From assembly GCA_002256025.1 (NCBI GenBank), contig NKIB01014742.1, forward strand, positions 1-41,041: a DNA stretch of 41,041 bases, read 5' to 3'. The notes under the pieces are model-generated. The model saw nothing but the letters and a program-made list of their open reading frames with translations. It did not search any database and had not been told where the DNA came from. Below are positions 1-8,675 of this stretch, piece by piece. The translations under genes and the position numbers were made by a program. Position 1 is the first letter of the stretch. Each line of letters starts with the position of its first letter. This DNA is from Asterionella formosa (lineage: Eukaryota).

Positions 1-378
1 GAACATACTGTGCAATGTAGATGATGATTCATCGAAGACATATGATGACTTGAACGACAAATGAAGATTTTATCACAAAATCTCGTTCCTCTCGACATGG
101 CTGCTTTGTCGTTGTTGCAAGAATCAGAGTGAGGACTGGAGAGGATGATGAGCCAAACCACATTACTTTCACTGGTACATTCTCCTACCAAGAAATTTAA
201 ATAAAGGAACCTAAAAGAAACAATACATATAATAATTAAATTTCCATAGTCAAAAGGGTTACTATTTAAATTACGAGGGCATTTATCACAATTATTAGAT
301 GATATAACGAAAAATTATGATCAGATGATCATAACCCTATGATGCATCATGGAAATATGATGGTTTTTATTTGCAGAC
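1..378. mobile_element. Non-coding AT-rich repeat element, copy 1 (terminus ...TATTTGCAGAC at 378; runs off the window edge)
   Basis: Aligns by eye over ~370 bp to the reverse complement of 40612-41000 and, more distantly, to ~12500-12814. Shared blocks include CTGGTACAT, CAATACAT, CATAGTC, CTATTTAA, TGATGCATC and TATTTGCAGAC. Confidence 0.75.
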
Positions 379-379
379 T

Positions 380-2405
380 CAGGAACACGGATATGTTCAA
401 ACCTCGTGACGACAGTATGGCGCAGGTAGCCACGGCACTTGTGAGTGTGGCATCCAATCTTGCTACAAATACCGATTGGCTAGTGGAGGCTAGATCTTCC
501 AATACACCCTCCTCTTTGAGAGCTTGGGACAAGGAACCTAAGTTTCTTCAAGACCAGATTCTTTGTTTAATGGCCACTCACAATGAAGACATTGTTACAG
601 AGCCCATCCAATCACTGGCTACATTCCTCTCGCTCAGCTCAAATACTTCAGCAACACAGCAATTTATGGCAGAATACCTACAATCCATCCTGAACTGCTA
701 TGTTTGGATCCATTCACAACATTGTGCATTAGTCAACTTCAATTTAATTATGATCCCACCGAGGGACCTTCTCACATCAGCTCTTGTTTAAGCTTCTCTC
801 CAAATACAACAGCATGGTTTCCTCCTCAGACATTGAAATCATTTCTAATGCTACTATTGATCCGGCAGGCGATCGAGATTGCTATACCCAGATCATGAAA
901 CACCTGGGCAATAAGAAACTGCTGATTGTTGCGAAAACTGTCACGGACTTCGAAACTACTATCAAGAATATGATCACCATTGTCTTGTTTGTTTTGGGAA
1001 ATTGTTTCACGGCGGATCGCCTGTGTACATGGCTGACCCACATAGAAGCAAACTGCGCTACATATTGACATTGCTCTGATTTGGACATCCGTTTCTTTGC
1101 CCATCAACTTACCATCATGGACAACATGATCCAAGCATTCTGGAGGAATTCAAATCTATTCATGACATGGATTCCATCTCTTAGACTTTTCGCAGCAACA
1201 ACTACAGATAGCGGTGGGCAATCCCATGACCTCACCACTACATCCTCGGGTCACAGCACTTTTTCTACTCTTCAAGGGAAACTGGGACGAGCAATCAGAG
1301 GAACAATCTCGCTAAAACCATCATGCCGGAAACCAACAACATGATCATCATTCACCGGACAGGTGTAACCCACACACTAACACTTTTGTTCGAGGCCGCA
1401 CTGTGACAAACTCCCGGGCAGACCCTCTTTTTTGTCTCCCGCATGGCATATTTTACCGCGATGCTTTTCCTCCATGCGGAGCACCCAAGGTGAACGGTTC
1501 CACGACTAACTGCTGCCGCTGGCAAATCTCCGGGATCTGTATTGACAACTGTGATCGAAAAGAGTCGCATGTTCAGTTGACAGGTGACAACAAGAAGGCT
1601 TTTACGACATTTTTCAACAAGGCGATTCGCGCCACAACGCCGGCATCATCGAATTGACTAGGGCACAACCGAGTAGGGGTAACGAATTCTCTAACGAAAC
1701 CGTTAACAGCTTACTGCGGTCTATCAACACTCGTCGTACCACTCAAACATACCCACATTGCCTCACTGACCACGTCCGTCGTGCCGAACAAAACGTGCGT
1801 CCCGGAGGACATGTCGATACTTTTATGCACCTCACGATCCCGATTTCTGGACAGGGAACGGAAACAGAATATTCCGTCACAAACGGGCATAAACCACCAA
1901 ACTTGCCACAACTCCCTTCATCACCACCCATGCGGCCACCATCGCCACCGCACGAACAGTACAGCGCAGCACTCCCGCATGGGAAAATTCAAACCATAAT
2001 GGGTAAGACAATCTCGTATCACCGTAATTAGTACCGGGTACCAGCTATGTCACAGGAGGCAGTTACGCTACCAGCAGAAGGCCATGCCGAGCAGACCCGA
2101 CACCTACATGCGACGACTCCACACTGCGCCATGCCGCCAGCAACTCTAGCGCACGTATCGATAGTCGACCCACCACCCAGCTGCCAGCGAGAGCGCACGC
2201 TACTCAGATGTATCACACGGATTATGGACTTCATCATCCATGTGATGGTGTGTCGGACACACCATCACCAGGTATGTGCGCACCTACGTTTTGTTTCGAT
2301 TTGAGCACCAAGGCAGCCGAACACAACTTGGCAATTCTAGAGGAATTCGATGTGGAGATCACAAGGGCAATCTCGAGCCAAGCGAACTCGCAACTTGGTA
2401 AGGAA
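380..2405 (+). pseudogene. Decayed DIRS/Ngaro-like (tyrosine-recombinase retrotransposon) gag and start of the RT ORF
   Basis: Broken + strand ORFs. Gag-like Cys/His finger CCRWQISGICIDNCDRKESH in ORF 1403-1657, then FCFDLSTKAAEHNLAILEEFDVEITRAISSQANSQLG, which resembles the segment preceding RT in such elements (recalled similarity). No RT or YR core is present. Confidence 0.4.
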
Positions 2406-2464
2406 CATAAATTTCATCAAAAGCTGGCCTATCTCGTCCGGCAGGCATCATGGGATGAATCATT

Positions 2465-2555
2465 CATCTGCAAATAGAAAACATCTTATTAGTGTGATGC
2501 ATCTTATAATTGCAATCATATGATCAAACAATTTTTAGATATATTATCATTATCA
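2465..2555. mobile_element. Terminal fragment (~90 bp) of the TTTGCAGACG element, copy 2, inverted
   Basis: CATCTGCAAATAGAAAACATCTT...GTGATGCATCTTAT...ATCATATGATCA...GATATATTATC matches the reverse complement of 12730-12814. Confidence 0.75.
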
Positions 2556-2749
2556 GATTCTTTCCGGCTAGACTGATTTCAGTCTAGTAGACTGGATTCA
2601 GTCAGGGTTTTCAATCACTTTCCCCTAGCTCAATTCAATGGATACTTCATTTCTGAAAAGTTAATCTAAATCTGCAGAACTTAATGTCTCTGGAGGTATG
2701 AATGACAATAAGCTGATATAGGTTTAAAAAGGTTTAAAAAATTCAGATA

Positions 2750-4330
2750 CATGAGAAGTCTGCCTGCCAACAAATCTCAAAAATATCTGTGCAGGATGGC
2801 GCAAAAAATTTGACAATGGGCAAAGGTGCTGTCGTTTCATGCCTTTCCATGTTCATTCACCCATCTTTGTGGGCGTTCTGAAATCATCATGTGAACATTG
2901 CAAGAGACCATAGACTTACAAGAATGACAGATCAGCAGAGGGAGCTCAAGAAAACCAGAGGTAAGGATGCGATGATGGCCATTGTGGTCACTGCTCCCGG
3001 GACTGTAGATGATGTTGATACAACTGAGCTGTATGCCTTTGAAAATCACTTCTAGATCATTTCCGATGGTGATCCAGACACCTTTTACTATGATGAAGGC
3101 GGTTATTTAATTGAGGAGGCAGCAGGAGTTGAAGTGATGATGTTTTCAGAGCTTCTCAAACTTGTAAAGTGTACTGGCTGGCGGAGTTAAATACACTGAA
3201 GATATTGCCATCCCAGCTGGATTTGTTGATATTGGTCGTGTTGACAATGCCCCAGCATCTGAAAAGATTTTTCCACAATGAATTTGCAAAAAAATTGTTT
3301 GACAATGAGTGGGAGAAGTCAGGAATTTGCGGCAGGAGCCAGTTGAATGGATCAAAGAGCAATCCAATATTTTCATCATTTTCAACTCATTTGAAGTTGC
3401 CTTCCTTCCAGTTATTCATTTAATCTTTCCTTCGGAGCTCTGGAATGATTCAATTATGGTTATCATTGATCAAAAGGTTGAGGGCAAACCTGTTACCACT
3501 CAGATGGATTGAAAAAATGGTGGAGGAGAAAGTGTGCGCAGACCATTAATAAAAGAAAAAGATGACATTTACAGTGGTTTTCTACAACCACTACAAGTTT
3601 TGGCATGATGCTGTTGATGATCATAATGCAACGAGGCATTCCCCAATTAGTTTGGAGGTGGAATGGGCGACAAAATGGTGGCTAACTAGAATATTTGCAT
3701 TCCTCCTTTCAGTCACGGAAGTACATGCCATGCTGGCATATTAACACTTCTGCAAAGAGGAGGAGGTTAATAGCATTCTTGGTTTTCGCAAGCTTTTTGC
3801 AGAAGCATTGGTATGTTATCATTATTACAACGAAGAAGACAAAGAATCGCCTAGAAGGTCATCAAGATCGACTAAAAATGCTGAGCACATAGTTTTCCAG
3901 CTACCCAGAGGCAAGATATTTTTCAGAACAGAGGTTGTGGTTCTGGCTGACAGTTCCCACCTCCTAAGTATATCATGTTAAGAATGGAAAATGATGACTT
4001 GGACATGTTGTGCATGTTCCATAGTTATGCTTCGATGTGTTTATTGTTGTTGTTTACATCATTCCATTGAAGCAGCATTGAGTGCTTCCAGTCCAGACTG
4101 ATCTGTGTCTGCAGAGTTTTTCATGTTGTGACTGACACACGACAAAATGTTAGTAGTTCAAATTCCAATTCTTTGTCTTCAACATGTATACCCCTTTTAA
4201 TCAGGAGAAAAATTACTATCCAACGATGTATGCAAATTCAGAGGAAAGTAACAATAAGGTTTTCAAATTGAGCCTCAAAGAGAGACTGAAATTAGCCTAA
4301 TGAGCCGGAAAAAATCCGGATGGCTGTTAA
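2750..4330 (+). mobile_element. Decayed piggyBac-like (DDE_Tnp_1_7/PGBD-type) DNA transposon, C-terminal transposase part and right end
   Basis: ORF 3562-3744 reads NHYKFWHDAVDDHNATRHSPISLEVEWATKWWLTRIFAFLLSVTEV, resembling the region around the last catalytic Asp. A Cys-rich tail (CACSIVMLRCVYCCCLH) lies at ~4005-4060. The element appears to end ...AAAATCCGGATGGCTG followed by TTAA (4327-4330). Many stops and frameshifts; left boundary uncertain. Confidence 0.6.
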
Positions 4331-4635
4331 GTATAAATGTATTCATACATGTATTTATGTATGTTACACCGTCGCACTACAACAATCAGAATTGTTGCAA
4401 GTTACCGGTATTTTAGCTTTTTTTAATCCTATATTAAATTGTTTTTTAAGCAAAATGACCGCAACTTGCAGGTACTCCCACGCACTGCAGGTCTCGAACA
4501 TCCGGGGTACATCTCTCATATCTGTGGTTATGGCCATCGTGAAAGGAGTACAGAAAATACTGGTACAGCACCTAAGCAAGTTGCTGTAAATGAGAACTTT
4601 AGCTGAACCGTCTTTCACCTCGACTTCCTCTGGTA

Positions 4636-4800
4636 AATCTGGTACCTGGTACTGGTTACCTGTACCAGTAGACAACTACGCCATGGTACCCTGGTACACC
4701 AACGAGGTTCCGAGTATGATCATGCAGGTTCCACATACAGGTACTTCACTGCACATCGGTGGTTTTCAGCTACCGTACCTGGTACCAGGTACCGGTAGCT
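4636..4800. repeat. GGTACC/CCTGGTA-rich tract upstream of the AsnRS gene
   Basis: CTGGTACCTGGTACTGGTTACCTGTACCAG and CCGTACCTGGTACCAGGTACCGGTAG read directly. Confidence 0.8.
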
Positions 4801-4979
4801 GCCTCATCTCGTCCCCTCCCACTTCCATCGGCTCGTTCCAAACCACTTTTTGTCGTGGTCGTGCTTGAAGGAGAATAGAATCTCGCAAACCTGCATAGCA
4901 GCTATTCAACTCCTCCGCTCGGAACGAAAAGCGCAACCTACCACCTAGATTCTAGGTACCGGTAGTCAACAATTGAAGA

Positions 4980-7586
4980 ATGAACGGTTCACTGGTACTA
5001 ACTGGAACTCCAGAGGAAATCAAGAGCCCCCGCGCTCTCAAGGTGGGTCAGAACCAACCTGAACTGCGTTCTAGGATCACTCCTCTAACACCCTCCCTTT
5101 CCCTACGCTAGGTTATCGCAACCTCTTTGGCAGCTGGCCTTTCCTTGACGAAAATAGAGGTTTCGTCCGCAGAGGCTGTCTGTACGCAGACTACTCCGCT
5201 GGCCAAGTCGTTGGCACTCAGTTTCCACCAGACCCATGTTGCCGGTTCCAATGCCATGATGCGAACAGTCGCATCTCTTGCACCCGCTTGCAACTTGTTG
5301 GGAGCTACAGATGTAAATAAGGCTTTGGTGGAGGGTTGGATTTCCTTCATCTGGGCATCCTTGGACCTCCCGATCCAAGTCATAGCCACTGGGGCCAACG
5401 CTGACTTGGCAGACGCGGTCAACACTTTGGAGCGTCATCTGACGTACAAGACGTACATGGTTGGTGACACTATTACTATAGCTGATATTTCTCTTGCTGT
5501 TTCCCTCCATAGTGCTGTCACTGCTGGGGCATGGGTGCCTAAGGATAACAACCTTACCCGTTACTACCAGACCATGACCCATCAGCGCTTTTTCGCAGAT
5601 GCCGTCAAGGCTTTGGCATCGTCGACTGCATCGGTTGGTGGAGGCCCTGCTGCTCCGGATACTTCCTCGGGTGTGTTTATGAACGGCTACTCTCCTGCTG
5701 TTGTCAACAATTTGTACCGTCGCCACCGCATCCGCATCAAGGAAGTGTTAGGCGGTGACGGAACCACCTTCATTGAGCAAACCATCACTGTCGCGGGTTG
5801 GGCACGAACCACCCGGAATGCCAATAAAGGAGAATTACTCTTTATCGAACTTAATGATGGTTCCTGTGGACAATCACTGCAATGTGTTTTGGACTCAACA
5901 AATTGCGAAGGATTTGAAGAGTGCAAGGCAAGCGGTGGCACAGGAGCATCCTTTCAATTGCTTGGGAAAATCGTTGCAAGTTCTGGTTCTGAACAAGCTG
6001 TGGAATTGCAAGTGACCCTAGGAAAGCTCTTGGGGGCGGTATATGGAGGTAATGTGGAAGGAACTGAGATCGGTGGCATGGTCTACCCCATGAGTAAAAA
6101 GGCACACACCTTGGAGTATATGAGAGAGGTAGCCCACTTGCGACCCCGTGGCCGTATCCATGCGGCTGCTATGCGTATTCGGCATGCCATGGCCTTTGCC
6201 ACACACAATTTTTTTCACAACCATGGTTTCTTGTACATTCATACCCCGATTCTGACATGCGCGGATTGTGAAGGTGCAGGAGAGCAATTTGCTGTTACCA
6301 CGATGTTGGGAGCTGACCATACTCTGCCAGGTGTCACACTTCCTGTTCACGAGGCCCCTCCGGTAAGTTTGCATTTTGATCGCGTACCAATCTTTTGTTT
6401 GAGATGCAGCTTAAAATCTGATTTCGTTTTACATTGTAGCCTGAGGATCCAGACAAGAAGATTTCCAAGAGTGAGCTTAAGCGTTTGCAGAAAAAGGCAG
6501 AAAAAGTCAAGGTCGACACAAACAAGCTCGTCGAAGCGAAGGTTCCAGGTGCAGTTGACTATTCAAAGGATTTCTTTGCCCGACGTGCCAACTTGACTGT
6601 GTCTGGACAACTGAACGTGGAGACCCATGCATGCGCCCTATCGGATGTCTACACGTTTGGACCTACGTTCCGTGCTGAGAATTCCCACACCTCTCGTCAT
6701 TTGTCTGAATTCTGGATGATTGAGCCCGAGATCGCATTTGCTGACTTGGAGATGGACATCAACCTGGCTGAGGACTACCTCAAGTATTGTGTGCAATTCG
6801 CCTTGGACCGTTGCGCAGAAGATTTGGAGTTCTTCGAGAACAACGCTCACGGGGAGATAGGCCTCCGTGATCGCCTTCGCAACGTTTTGGATAATCCATT
6901 CAAGGTACGTGATACTTGATGTATCATCAAGGGCAATGGCGATCGTCGTGACGAAGAAACTATCAATGGGAATCTCTCTGAACAATTTCGTGTTGAGAAA
7001 GTATTTGCTTCATCGCAACTCGGAACGATCAGTTTAATAATTGTCTATTTAATTCTCGTATACCCTTTGTTTGTTTTGCTAACATTTTTTTCCTTTGCAG
7101 CGCCTCACTTATACCGAAGCTATTGAAGTGCTACAAAAGGCAGTTGCAGAGGATGGCGCTGTCTTCGAGGAGAAGCCGGTGTGGGGAATCGACCTTCCGT
7201 CGGAGCACGAACGATATCTTTGTGAAAAAGTTTACAAGATGCCTGTTGTTTTGACTAACTACCCCAAGGAAATTAAGGCATTTTACATGAAGCTCAACGA
7301 CGATGGGAAGACTGTTGCAGCCGCTGATATCCTTGTGCCCAAGATAGGAGAAATCATTGGTGGATCTCAACGAGAACATAGGCGGGACGTTTTGATTCAG
7401 CGATGTATCGAATCCCATGTTGACCCCAAAGCGGTTTGGTGGTATTTGGACCTTCGTAAGTACGGAACTGTTCCTCATGCTGGGTTTGGCCTTGGCTTCG
7501 AACGATTGATTCTCTTTATCACTGGTCTTCAGAACATTCGAGACGTCATTCCTTTCCCTCGCTGGGCTGGAAACGCTGAGTTCTAA
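4980..7586 (+). CDS. NARS: Asparaginyl-tRNA synthetase (bacterial/plant-type catalytic core) with N-terminal GST-like domain; 4 exons (4980-5042, 5112-6362, 6440-6904, 7101-7586), ~754 aa
   Basis: Three phase-0 GT-AG introns (5043-5111, 6363-6439, 6905-7100) join the ORFs into one frame. Motifs: OB-fold [51 protein letters not shown], motif 2 [35 protein letters not shown], motif 3 [22 protein letters not shown]. Confidence 0.96.
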
Positions 7587-7647
7587 AGTCAACTAACGAA
7601 AATAATGTTCCTATAATCCATTTTTTGGTTTTTTCACTGTTTTCGTG

Positions 7648-8232
7648 CTACATGTTTCCGGATGATCCAGATCGTGCTTTCATAGCCTGTCTCCCCTTTC
7701 TTTGTAGCGGTGACAACTCTTGGTCCAAGAGTTCGTCCTGATCCACGCCCCCTTCTGCTCCTATGAGCACAGGTTGTCCAGTCAGAACGTCTCGTTGAAC
7801 TGGGAGACGGCGTCCCTTAGCCAAAGCTCTCACCATAGTCATGTCAACTTTGGTCACGGCAGCCTTCACTTCTTCGCCCTCGCCCTCAACTGCAGCAGCT
7901 CCACTTGGAGGGCGAAGTTGATACACTTGTCGTGATTCTCTATGGTAAAGTACCGGAGGCATATCTTGGCCAATCAGTTGCATGAGTTGCGCCGCTTCTT
8001 TGTTTCTTGCAATATCCATGCGATCTACATGAATGCCTAGTTCTCCTTCGATTTCCTGGACGCTCTGTTCCATGGCATCACATTCTGGGCTCAAACCTGG
8101 CGGGACTCTAAAGAAAATAAGCGGTGTGTATTTCTTTGTCGACAGAAAAGGGAGCATGTTCAGAAAAGGAACTCCTTCATAGCGAGCGCTAACAACAGTA
8201 GCTAACAAGGAGGCGGAAAGGAGGATTCTCAT
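7648..8232 (-). CDS. Signal-peptide-bearing thioredoxin-like fold protein (~194 aa from the ATG at 8232)
   Basis: Intact ORF with N-terminal hydrophobic MRILLSASLLATVVSA. The pattern PLIFF...SPECDAMEQSVQEIEGELGIHVDRMDI...PPVLYHRES resembles a Trx fold with one Cys. Converges on AsnRS with a 61-bp gap. Confidence 0.7.
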   Translation of the reverse strand: MRILLSASLLATVVSARYEGVPFLNMLPFLSTKKYTPLIFFRVPPGLSPECDAMEQSVQEIEGELGIHVDRMDIARNKEAAQLMQLIGQDMPPVLYHRESRQVYQLRPPSGAAAVEGEGEEVKAAVTKVDMTMVRALAKGRRLPVQRDVLTGQPVLIGAEGGVDQDELLDQELSPLQRKGRQAMKARSGSSGNM

Positions 8233-8375
8233 AGCGATAGCAGTCAAGAGATGTCAACCACAAGAAGTAAAAACCGAACGGCGAGAATACAACTAAAGGT
8301 AAGATCAACATGTACGATATGCATCAGATCACAAAACACATATAATCCATACGTCGTTTTCATTCTCAGGAGTTA

Positions 8376-8490
8376 GGTACCTGGAAGGCCTGGTAGCGCA
8401 CGATTATGCGCACTTTTTCAGTTTCGACTCTCTCCCAATGGTTCGTCCCATGCCTACCAGGTACCTGGTACCAGGTACCAGGTACCGGAC
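8376..8490. repeat. GGTACCA tandem tract between the Trx-like gene promoter and the Copia LTR
   Basis: CTACCAGGTACCTGGTACCAGGTACCAGGTACCGG at ~8454-8488. Confidence 0.85.
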
Positions 8491-8504
8491 GAGAGATAGG
8501 CTGG

Positions 8505-8675
8505 TGTTGGTACCATATACCGGTTACTCCGTATATCCTACCAAGATTCCTGTAAGTGCTTAATTCCCGTGTGTACTGGTCCCTCTACAGCTAGTTAAAT
8601 ACTCCTTTAGAATCTCAGTTCCTTGTTAATGTAGCTGCCGCTGGCACCCGTTGCAAGCGTTTCTCCCTCTCAACA
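8505..8675 (+). repeat. Putative 5' LTR of the Copia element
   Basis: Bounded by TGTTG (8505) and CAACA (8675), a 5-bp inverted terminus. It is followed by GGTTACTGATCCC, weakly like the copia GGTTATGGGCCC primer site, and an in-frame gag ATG at 8715. There is no second LTR to confirm it. Confidence 0.55.

Noticed and set aside
4366..4495. Possible MITE (ACACCGTCGCACTAC…CGCACTGCAGGT)
   Set aside because: The ends are not convincing inverted repeats, and there is no TSD or second copy in the window.
5103..7592. Antisense ORFs over AsnRS (and similar ones over ARM, HSPBP1, PSMB7, TLDc and Copia)
   Set aside because: Shadow ORFs of real coding strands with no recognisable motifs.
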